Assembly: GCA_964035575.1 (NCBI GenBank)
Contig: OZ037836.1
Coordinates: 1,178,001-1,242,000, forward strand
DNA from: Rhynchopus sp. YZ270_cl-10
Taxonomy: Eukaryota
Length of the DNA stretch: 64,000 bases
Reading direction: 5' to 3'
Shown here: positions 47,557 through 57,824 of the stretch, in pieces
Layout: every line of letters starts with the position of its first letter
Numbering within the stretch: position 1 is the first letter of the stretch
Position numbers and translations under genes: made by a program
The notes under the pieces: generated by a model
The model's database searches: none
Told to the model about the DNA's origin: nothing
What the model saw: only the letters and a program-made list of their open reading frames with translations

Positions 47557-49030
47557 CGCTCCATCTCCTCCGTCCCCTCCGTCACCTTTCCCGCCCCCTT
47601 TCCCATCTTTCCGCCGTCCTTCGACTTGCCCTTTTTGCGCTGGGGGGGGCCCGACCCGAAGATGTCGTCCATTGTGCTTCCCTTTCCCGCGCCGGACGAC
47701 TTTGACCCCTTTTGCTTGTTGGGGGTGGTTGGTGGCGACAGTGTCTCGGTCGCGGTTTTCGGCTTTACCGTCTCGTTGGCCTTCACATCACAGTCCTTCG
47801 TGTCCTCCGTGGTGCTTTGTTGTTGTTGGAGCGGAGAGGGTGGGTGAGCCGGTTCCGCGTTGGTGGTAGGCTGGAGTAGCCTGAGGAGGTGGGCCAGGTG
47901 CGCGTCCGTCGCCTCCTGTCGTGCCTCCGCTGCACACTGCCGAGCCACCACCGTCGCCAGCGCCGCGTTCATCTCCTCCTGAGCTTTGTTGTTACTGATA
48001 ACTGCAGAGAGGATTTGCTCCCGCTGAGCTTCCGCGTTTGTCGCCAGTTCTTCCGCTCTGGTGGCGTGGCTGTCCATCTTGGACAGTTGGAGCACTTGAC
48101 GCTCTAGGAGCGCTTCAATGCCCTTGCCCATTTGTAGAAGAGGGGTGGTGATAGAGGTGAGGTCGGCCGGTGTTGCGTTGTGGTTCTGATGCTGTTGGGG
48201 AAGTTGGTGCTGAACTACGCGCTGCATCCATGCCAGCTCCAGCTTCTGTCCCTGTTCGAACAGCTTTTTGCCTCTGTCCGCGCCGTACTCTGCTACAAAT
48301 TCTTGGCTGGTGTATTTTACCTTCCTGTTTCTCTCTGTGGGGTCAGGTACCCGTGTAGGAAGCTGTTGGTGGGTGTCTGCTGTGGTGGTGACGGTGCTGG
48401 TATCTCTTGCTACTGCAGGGAGGATTGACACCACTAGGCTCTGCCACTTGACGCTGCTGTGCGGTGGCTGCGTCTCTGCGCGCACCACGAGGGTCTTTTC
48501 CCCCGTTCTGCCCTTGCTGAGCAGCGTCACCACCCGCGCCCCCTCCCACTTCATCGCCTTCAGTGCCGCGATGCAGTCCTGCTTCGTTGCGGGGGGAGGA
48601 ACCGGCCTGAGGTCGAAGAGCTGGGTGGTGGTGTGCGTTGTGGTGCTGTCGGGTATCTCGAACGTGAATGTGGGGGCGTCATCCATCGCCTCCGGGGCAC
48701 CACCGCTGCTACCTCCCCTTAGCCTACCCAGCTCCCACACGTTGCAGTGCGTCCTGCACATCCGGAGCGACTCCTTGTCGCTCATGTCCCTCCCGTTGAT
48801 GGTAAGGCGGTGCACGTCCCTGCGTCCACCTGTCTTCGCGCGCACTGCCGCCTTCAGGTCAGCCACCGAGTCCGTGTCGCTGACGTCCACTGTCACTGTC
48901 TTTCCAGTCAGCGTTCGCACAAAAATCTGCCTTTTTACCTCTTCATTTTCTTCTTCTTTTTGTTCCGAGTCTTTGCCGCAGTCCTCTGCGTTGCCCGGGG
49001 TCACCTCGTGGAGGTGCTCGGTAAAAACCC
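47499..49030 (-). CDS. Element A ORF1: N-terminal ubiquitin domain (48711-48929, ends RLRGG), coiled coil, basic tail
   Basis: QIFVRTLTGKTVTVDV...DLKAAV...RL...GRLRGG aligns with ubiquitin; Q/A/E-rich heptad region; the frame is open to the element 5' end and in frame with the host UBL. Confidence 0.88.
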
Positions 49031-49031
49031 C
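48965..49031 (-). ncRNA. Candidate HDV-like self-cleaving ribozyme at the 5' end of element A
   Basis: GGGGUU-UUUA-CCGAGC-ACC-UCCACGA-GGU-GACCCC-GGGCAA-CGCAG-AGGA-CUGCG-GCAAA-GACUCGG. P1, P2, P3/L3, P1.1, P4 and the J4/2 C (48975) are in HDV order. Confidence 0.78.
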
Positions 49032-50035
49032 ACTCTCCAACTTCTCGGCTGTGATGTCTGTCACACCCAACGCATGAAGCTCTGCAATGGCTTCGTACTT
49101 CTGCGACTTCTTCGTGAGGATGATTGTGTCACCAGCACTCAGCTGCGTCATGTCCGCTCCTTCTCCCATCGGTTCGCCTCCGAAACTCATGCAAAAGCCG
49201 TCTTCAGGCAACCCCATTGCAGTCGCCACCTTCCGCCGCATCACCGCAAGTGTATCATCCTCACCCAGCTCGACCGTATGCTTCACTCCGTTCAACCCCT
49301 TGATAGTCAAATCCATATTTGTGTCGCTCTGTATCATAGGTAACGGAGGGTGATGGTGATGTGGAGAAGGTGAGGAGGTGTGGGGGAAATAAACAAGAGT
49401 TTCTTTTTTTTTAGGCCTCGAGCATGGTCATGCACGGATTCGGGTGTTTGCACGATGGCGAAGCAATGGGAGGTACATGTAACTATAGCTACATATAGCA
49501 TTACATGTCTTGATGGGATTATCCGGAAAGACGGGACATAGTTACATTTTCATTTTTCATTAGGAATTCATGTACTTTTTGCAGAGTATAAATATTCCCC
49601 TACGCCGTCTGCTTTAATCGTATGCAACGAAATAAAGGTGGGCAAGAGAGAGGAGCCTAGGGGGAAGTGTTCCACTCTTGAGTATCAGGTGTGTCGGCAG
49701 AAGGTCTGATTCAAAGAAGACTTGGTGAAGCAGGGTGGGGAACAATTCTGCAATTCGTTGTTGAGAACTGCGAGTCGAAATAACATTGTTCTCGGGGTGT
49801 AGTGGTGGGGGTCATAACTAAACAGCACCAAACTTCAGGCACAATTTGGTGCTAGTGCATGTAACATTATGCTAATATTACATGCTACATGTAACATTAC
49901 AAGGTCTGACTGGTGTGGGTAGGGGCTTTGGTGGGTTACGGTCAAGATTATCCGAACCAGAGGACGCAAGCAGACATACTGCCAGAGACCCTCCACCTCG
50001 GGGAGGTGCTGCCCTGCCACCAACACACCACGTCG

Positions 50036-50875
50036 TCATTGTGCGTGTCTCCGTCGCTTCTGGCTTTGCTCGGGGGATTCGTCTCTGCTTCGTTTCGGAA
50101 GTGCTTCAACCACAAGCTTACTCAGCTTCTTGTCGTTCCTCACTTCGTTGGACACCACACTGCTGCAGCCGGAAAGGTAAATGCTCGTCAACGAAGTGCA
50201 GTTCGCAGCAAAGTTCGTAGTATTATTGCAAGTCAAACCAATCGACGTCACATTGCTGAGTGGTGATAAATCCAGGGTGGTTAAGCTGCTGGACTTCGCA
50301 AGGAACCACGCGCCAACCTGTGTAACGTTGCTGAGTGGTGACACATCCAGCGTCGTTAAGCTGCTGCAGTTGTAAAGGAAGCCCGCACCGACCCGCGTCA
50401 CATTGATCAACCCAGAGAGGTCGATACTTGTCAACGAGGTGCAGTGGTGTAGGAAGCAACCTGCAATGCGAGTCACAATGGACTCAGCACTGAGATCAAG
50501 TCTCGTCAACGAAGTGCGTGACAAGAAGTAACTCGGAATGACAGTCGCAACCTCCGCCTGTAGAAGCAAACACGCCACCTCAGGATCTCTCACACTCTTC
50601 AACTTCTCGGCTGTGATGTCGGTCACACCCAACGCATGAAGCTCTGCAATGGCTTCTTGCTTCTGCGTCTTCGTGAGGATGATTGTGTCACCAGCACTCA
50701 GCTGCGTCATGTCCGCTCCTTCTCCCATCGGTTCGTCTCCGAAACTCATGCAAAAGCTGTCTTCAGGCAACCCCATTGCAGTCGCCACCTTCCGCCGCAA
50801 GCCCTCCACTGTGTCATCTTCACCCACCTCGACTGTGTGCTGATTCGCTCTGAAATCCTCGAAGTGCACGTCCAT
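50036..50875 (-). CDS. UBL-LRR family copy 10 (279 aa, one LRR fewer)
   Basis: Intact; ATG of MDVHFED at 50875. Confidence 0.9.
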   Translation of the reverse strand: MDVHFEDFRANQHTVEVGEDDTVEGLRRKVATAMGLPEDSFCMSFGDEPMGEGADMTQLSAGDTIILTKTQKQEAIAELHALGVTDITAEKLKSVRDPEVACLLLQAEVATVIPSYFLSRTSLTRLDLSAESIVTRIAGCFLHHCTSLTSIDLSGLINVTRVGAGFLYNCSSLTTLDVSPLSNVTQVGAWFLAKSSSLTTLDLSPLSNVTSIGLTCNNTTNFAANCTSLTSIYLSGCSSVVSNEVRNDKKLSKLVVEALPKRSRDESPEQSQKRRRHAQ

Positions 50876-51994
50876 CTGTTTGTTGTGGTTTTGTGTTCTG
50901 ATCTCTGTGTGTGGTGGTGGGGTGTGGAGGACAACAAGCCTGCAGTCATTTTCAATGAAGGGTTGAAGGGCAGGGGTTCTTTGAGTACAATCGTACCATC
51001 GTGGGTTGGGCACATATACCCAGGTACCGACGTGCGGTTTTGTTAAATTGTTGAGTAGTGTAGTTGCCTCGGTTGTGTTGCCACAGTTGTGCAATCTCCA
51101 CTTTGTATCTCTCTGTTTTGTGCAGGTGTTTTCAATTGGGGGTGAGAGTACGCAAGAGACAACAAACAGTCATAAGGGGAGAGGTCTTTTGGTATGCTAC
51201 TTTTGTCCGAATATTTGTGAGAACAGTATTTAGAAGTGGTTGGTGATAACTTACTCGGATTTTCCGTTTGAGAGGAAGATAACCGGAGCCACGGCACTCT
51301 TCGTGTGCTGTGCCACGTTCTCCCCCACATTCCTTCCTCCCAGCCTGGCAGCGAAACAGCCGCACTGACACTAGAGCATCATATAAGCTGGCCTGACTGC
51401 AAAACAAATGAAAGAAGCAATGCACAAAACCCTAACATATGGCGTGCTAATAAAGAAGGGCGACCACCTTGTGTGTTGCGCTTCCTGTCCCCATGCACCA
51501 TCCCCGAATATGCTTTCAAATGACATAGGTTCGTGATACTGGATAAACAACAGCGCACGTCAGTTGTCTCACGTACAGTGTATACACCCTGAAAACGTAA
51601 CCCCTTCCCTCTGGCACAGACCCCACCTTGGGCAGATGGTCTGCCCTACTGCCTCTTCTGCACCGTAGCTGAGTGCCACGGTGACAGCTTGTACCCACCT
51701 GCGAAAGAATGTTCGCAAGGTCCCTTCTTCTACTAAGGGAAAACAAACTTTTCGTCTGCGTGCGCGTCGGGACGTCCCCCAGAAAAACCCAGGCAGGCAT
51801 GCAAAAAAAAGTTTGTTTTAATGGTGTGATTTTCCTAAAAATTAGGTGTAAATTGGGTACTTCTTGGGTCCTTCTTGGGTATAGTGATTTTCCTTAGGGC
51901 ACTTCCTTAAGGAAAACGTGATCTTTTTCCCGAGCTTTCCCTGTGGTTAGTAGCCTTGTTTTCGCAAAAATTTTCTCAAAATCCGGGATTGGCA

Positions 51995-52632
51995 CCCAGT
52001 ACCCAGTACCCAGTACCCAGTACCCAGTACCCAGTACCCAGTACCCAGTACCCAGTACCCAGTACCCAGTACCCAGTACCCAGTACCCAGTACCCAGTAC
52101 CCAGTACCCAGTACCCAGTACCCAGTACCCAGTACCCAGTACCCAGTACCCAGTACCCAGTACCCAGTACCCAGTACCCAGTACCCAGTACCCAGTACCC
52201 AGTACCCAGTACCCAGTACCCAGTACCCAGTACCCAGTACCCAGTACCCAGTACCCAGTACCCAGTACCCAGTACCCAGTACCCAGTACCCAGTACCCAG
52301 TACCCAGTACCCAGTACCCAGTACCCAGTACCCAGTACCCAGTACCCAGTACCCAGTACCCAGTACCCAGTACCCAGTACCCAGTACCCAGTACCCAGTA
52401 CCCAGTACCCAGTACCCAGTACCCAGTACCCAGTACCCAGTACCCAGTACCCAGTACCCAGTACCCAGTACCCAGTACCCAGTACCCAGTACCCAGTACC
52501 CAGTACCCAGTACCCAGTACCCAGTACCCAGTACCCAGTACCCAGTACCCAGTACCCAGTACCCAGTACCCAGTACCCAGTACCCAGTACCCAGTACCCA
52601 GTACCCAGTACCCAGTACCCAGTACCCAGTAC
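51995..52632 (+). repeat. Satellite (CCCAGTA)n, ~91 units
   Basis: Reverse complement of the GGGTACT array. Confidence 0.98.
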
Positions 52633-54272
52633 CAAAGGGCCGATGGAGGGTTCCGAGACGGCGATAGCCTGCGACACTATGTCATGGGAAGGTGGGATAC
52701 TAGCTTGCGCCGCAGGCGCACGGTACGCTACTTTTATTGTTTCGGCGTATCCTTTTTTCTCACTCTTCGTTGGGTTCCACGAGCTCCGCCCGTCAAATGA
52801 TGGGGTGTAAAATTCGCATCTACGCAAACTGCCCCACGTTCATTTTGTACTTTTCCTTCAGAAGTCAAGTACTGACCATATTTTGCACACAGAACCTGAA
52901 AATGGCCTGTAAAAACTGACACATGCATTTTAGGTCAAAAATACTCATTTCTGAGCGCAAAGTGACCCCATCACAGCACGTACAGGCTCCGGTGCACCGA
53001 AATCAAAAAATTTTTTTTTTGATTTTTTGTGGGGAAAAATTTCTGGGGAAATTTTCTGGCCACAAAAAACCACCAAAAAGATGTACACAAAATAATTTTA
53101 GCACCCCCAAAAAAAAAAGGTGTAAAAAAGGTCCTTCTAAGGTCCTTCTAAGGTATACCACTACCCTTGTATAGGTCACACCAAAATTAGATATTTTATT
53201 ATCGCGCAATTATGGTCGAGTACAAAAATCCGGCGGGTTCCAAGAAGGTAATCAGAACCTGGAGTGAGGGTGGTATGGTGTTAAGTGTGAGTGTGAGTGA
53301 CAAGTAAAGAGAAAATGTGCAGATGGGCTCTTCACAATCATTAGCCATGTGCTCGGCAGTCTTGTTCGAACTACGGCTACTTGGAAGACGTCCGTCGTCT
53401 ATTGTGTGTATTTGTATGGATCTTTGTGATTTTTTGTTGATTTTTTTTCAAAAAAAAAATTTTTTTTTGTGTCCAAAAAATGTGTTCCCCATGTCGTGGC
53501 AGGCCGAAAAAAAATTTTTTTTTCGCGTGTAATTATTTCCTTAATTTTACTGTCAAAAATTTTACGGCTATTTTATACACAATCCTTAATCCCACTAGTG
53601 GGATTAAGGATCTTAAAAATACTTTTTTGGTCAGGATTTTTGTACGAGACCTTAATTGCGCGTTAATAAAGTGAAATAAAATCCTTTTATTTTCACGCAC
53701 TGTTTCCGCTCAGAATACACCACTATTTCAGGCCATTTTTGGCTTAAAAAAGTCCAAAAATGAATTATTTTGTGTCAATACAGTGAATACAGCGCGTCTG
53801 TGACACACAACGCGGATAAGTCGACCTGTGTGGGCACATGTGCGGCGTGACTGTGTCGGCATACAAGGCAACATGTGTCTGCGACACACTACCACCAGTG
53901 GAGTGGGATTGGGTCACTTGCGCTGAGAAATGCATATTTTTGACCGGAATGATTTGTGAGTGTATTGATGTGTTTGTTCACAGGTGCCAGCCAGTTTTAA
54001 AACAGGGTCGTGAGTGCACGCTACAGCGTGCCGCGAACTGCGTGTGTGAGTGAAGCTGCCCAGCACGCACACTCCATTTGTCACCAAAAAAGTGAGATAC
54101 TATGTGCATAAAAACCACGATTCTGCCTCAGGACTTTTCCAACTTGCTTTTTGGGCCGTCACAAACACCACCGTAGACAAAACACGTATATTTTTTCATA
54201 ACACCTACCCTATTTGACTGCCCCCCTGTAGAAATTGTACTTTGACCTCCTCAAACGCTGAATAAAATATTG

Positions 54273-54421
54273 TATTCATGTGAAATAAGATTCATATTTC
54301 ACGCTCCCTGGCCTGGAGACACGCGTTTCATAATTTTCACTCGCTACGCTCGTGAAAATTAACCCACTTGTGACTCCAGTCCGGGAGCGTGAAATAAAGG
54401 GAATCTTATTTCACGTGAATA
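54273..54421. mobile_element. ~150-bp palindromic hairpin element
   Basis: Arms tattcatgtgaaataagattc..tatttcacgctccc / gggagcgtgaaata..gaatcttatttcacgtgaata; centre aattttcactcgctacgctcgtgaaaatt. Confidence 0.65.
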
Positions 54422-55173
54422 AATAGTTATTATTTTTTTTTTTCTTTTTTTCTTTCTTGCTTTCAATTACTGCTTTTTGTACACACAAAAGGCCTGTTTT
54501 CAGCCACACCGATACAGGATACCTTTCATTTTGTAAATAACTTTGCTGCACTAGCGTCGACACCCGAAGATGAACTTCACTATTTTATTCTGCTAATGAA
54601 CATACACGCTAACCCATTCCTTGACGCTATGTCGCCTATTGCGTAACACGGTGTTTTCTACGTGCTCCTCTGGAAAGGGGACACACAGAGGTAGATCCCA
54701 TGCGGGCAGAGTCTGCTGCTGCGCGAATATCCAAACAAAAAAGGGGGGTAGAGGAAAAAAGGAAGAAAAAAGAGGGAGTAGTAAAAAGTCAAAGTGTGTA
54801 CACAAAGAGAGGGGTATGTTTGTGACAGCTTTTTTTTTTTTGATATCCCAGTAGAAATCCCTGCCCTCCACCGTACTGTGCTGTTTGTATGCCACAATCT
54901 GCAGTTTGCTGGGTGGGGAGAAAGTACGAGGCAAAAATGCAAAGAATAAAAATTAAAAAAAAAAACGAGTCGGGGAGAAGACAAGGAAAGGGGAACAAAC
55001 AAAGAAGAAGAAAAAAAAACACACACAAATTCATATCTGGGATGGTTGAAAAAGGGGGTGATTCGCACTTCTTGCATACGGTGCGCACCATCCTACTCAG
55101 CCACACCAACGTGCTTCCTATTAAAGGGTGTAACAGCTATCCCCCTCCTTTAAAAAAGAAAAAAGATAAACTG

Positions 55174-56752
55174 TAAACCCCCCTCCCAACTATTGTTTAC
55201 ATCCAGGTATTGTTTACATGGCAGCGTCCGCGAAAGACCCCCCCCTAAAGCTAACATCCATGCTTATTGGTATTTCACTAATTAAAATTTTGGTATTTTA
55301 TAAGATTTTTTTTTACAATGAACTCAGAGTTAAGTTTCTGAGCTCATTAAAAAAAAAATCGGTGAAAAATTCCGAGTAGGTATTAATTTAGATAGGAAAA
55401 GCTATGTCAACAGCTATGTGTCCCCTTATTTTACCTGTAAATACTAAGGATATACAAGGAAATCCTCACAAACACCCATATAACCACCCATAGAACAACA
55501 CAACAGGGGGAAATGTAATCAGCAGCCAAAGCATTCGCTCAGGAGCTGAAAACCCGGCCTTTCCGAGGCCTAAAAAACTTCGCCGAGCTGCAGGTGTATG
55601 CAGGGGTCCACTGGCAGGGGGGCAAAGGGTGGGGCGCGAGGAGCTGGATGCGCGAGGTGTGTAGCTCGAAGCATATGTCCCTCCATATGCAGAAGACAAC
55701 CACCAGGAGAAAAGGGGTGTCCGCCGTTTACTACTCCTGTAGTTGCATCAGCGACACCCTCAGGACAGTGACAGCGAGACGGAGGAGGAAGAGGAGGAAC
55801 AGGCGGACAATTGTCTGTAACTCTTGGAGAGACTCATCACGGAGGTCAATAGGGTCACTCAAAAAAGGGGGTTTTCTGCGAGAAAGTCGACGTCGCCGCA
55901 GACGACCCGGAGCGTGAAGCTCTTTCGCGCTCTATTTAGAGTGTTCGGAGGGGGCGACAAGCCTCCACCCCCCTTTCCTCCCCCCCCTTTTTGATAATGG
56001 GTTTAGAGACAGATATTAGTGAATTCCTTCCTATATCCTTAGTATTTACAGGTAAAATAAGGGGACACATAGCTGCTGACATAGCTTTTCCTATCTAAAT
56101 TAATACCTACTCGGAATTTTTCACCGATTTTTTTTTTAATGAGCTCAGAAACTTAACTCTGAGTTCATTGTAAAAAAAAATCTTATAAAATACCAAAATT
56201 TTAATTAGTGAAATACCAATAAGCATGGATGTTAGCTTTAGGGGGGGGTCTTTCGCGGACGCTCCCACATATAATTATTCACAGCTATTATTTACATCCA
56301 ATTACTATTTACATTCGAATTATTTATTTACACCCCCTTTTTTTTTGCCGGTTTTTGGTGACGGGGTGCGGATTCGTGACCAAAAACACAATTTTTTGGA
56401 ATTTCCGGAATCTGTCCAGAAAATGGTGGGGTCGATGTTGAAAATTGGACAATTTTTTGACCACTTAAATTTTGGAAAATATGAGCCCGGTCACTAGGTG
56501 GGGCCCATTTTCGGCCAAAAATTTTCACAAAATCCGAGTTTGTAAAATTGACCCTACACCCACATCAATTTCAATACTATACCTCACTTCACCTTCGGTT
56601 ACCCTACAGGGGAGGTGTGGAAAATGTAAACAATACATGAGTGATAATTATTTACATGTACTATTTACATTTAAATTATTTACATGTATTATTTACATGC
56701 ACGAATACTATTTACATAAAAATATGTAAACAATAGCTGTGAGGGGGGTTTA
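55174..56752. mobile_element. TIR element with TTTACAT subterminal repeats (host of the nested 55220-56266 element)
   Basis: TAAACCCCCCTC(C/A)CA(A/G)CTATTGTTTACAT at both ends in inverted orientation. Confidence 0.75.
55220..56266. mobile_element. Long-TIR (~240 bp) non-autonomous element with 4-bp TSD ACAT
   Basis: 55220-55460 is the near-perfect reverse complement of ~56025-56266; ACAT flanks both sides. Confidence 0.85.
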
Positions 56753-57345
56753 GTTGTTGATGCAGGCACCTCCGACTGACCCACGTACGATGCCAGCCAT
56801 CCGGATGAAAGCACAAAAAAAAAAAAAAAAAAAAATGGGTAAATTGCGATAACACACACGTATACTTTTTTGTGTGCGTGTTATCGCAATTTACTAAAGA
56901 AATAATAACAGGGGGAAGAAACTCTCGTGCACACACATAAAAAAGTTGAAAGACGAGAAAAAAAAAATTAACTGGATGCACAAAAAGGGGGGGAGAACTG
57001 TTGGAGGGAGGGGATGGGAAAGAGAAGAAGAACTTATAAGATGACCCTAAGCCTCTCTGTGCTGAAGTCACCTTTGGACACAATCGTTATTGCACAGCAT
57101 CAGCCTGACTGTGTAAAGCATTGCTGAGGCAGACGTCTCAGACTGACCCCGGACACCATCCCCAGACGATAGCACAACACAGAATACTCTGATAGGCAAG
57201 TAAAAGGGGGGGAAAAATTGGAATTTTTTTTTTTCCGTTGATTGCTCAATTACCCCTGTTGGAGGGGTGGTGATTGGCGATCGCATTGGGGGAACCATTT
57301 CTCCTTTAAGCCAAACGTTGTTTGTGAGATCCAAACTATTTCATA

Positions 57346-57452
57346 TACCGTAATCGTACTAATGTTCGTAAAAAAAAAAGGTCGAACTTCCAGAAAAATC
57401 TGAAAAGGTCAACAAACATATTTACGGTCGATATTTTTTTACGATTACGGTA
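57346..57452. mobile_element. Tiny TA-flanked MITE-like element
   Basis: TACCGTAATCGTA ... TACGATTACGGTA inverted termini. Confidence 0.45.
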
Positions 57453-57824
57453 CTTCTTATACAACACCGCTGGTGATCAAGGATGCATCTAAGACTCGAC
57501 AGGCAACCTCTGTCCCCTCTAACTGCTGTTGAACAGTCAGGACTTTAATATACATAAAAACATATCTTCAAGGACGTCCCCGTGCTCTGTAAACACACAC
57601 ACACACACACACCCTTTTTGAAATGTGGTTGTATTAGTGTAGACACCCGAGGATGCGCTCCAATATGTAAATCTGGGGCTTTTTTTTTTTTTGATAAATT
57701 TTTGGAGTAGTGTACACGGTGGAGTCTACCCGGGGGGGAGTTACTCTTTGGGGGGGACTTAAAGGGGGACTCAAAGAGTCCCCCTAGGGGGACTATGTAG
57801 TCCACCTAGGGGGACTATAGTCCC

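Larger units (their letters stand above)
41666..49030 (-). mobile_element. Apparently full-length 7.4-kb APE-type non-LTR retrotransposon (element A)
   Basis: TSD CACTCTCCAACTTCTCGGCT at 41646-41665 and 49031-49050; two ORFs; no LTRs; no poly(A) tail. Confidence 0.95.
41017..49316 (-). pseudogene. UBL-LRR family copy 9, disrupted by full-length LINE (element A)
   Basis: UBL part at 49031-49316 and LRR part at 41017-41665, with a 20-bp TSD. Confidence 0.92.

Noticed and set aside
8774..49050. Sequence-specific target site shared by elements A, B and C
   Set aside because: The three TSDs lie at different gene positions with no evident consensus.
47499..49337. 612-aa double-UBL protein as a genuine host gene or programmed fusion
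   Set aside because: It is the chimera of host copy 9 and element ORF1 across the TSD. In-frame joining has a 1-in-3 chance, and elements B and C give no such fusion.
8900..49350. Plus-strand ORFs antisense to the LINE and LRR genes
   Set aside because: Shadow frames of GC-rich coding sequence with no recognisable motifs.
8161..50875. Diversity-generating retroelement (RT next to hypervariable repeats)
   Set aside because: The RT is a LINE-type APE-RT bounded by a TSD, no non-coding template repeat is seen, and differences between copies are not adenine-restricted and include indels.
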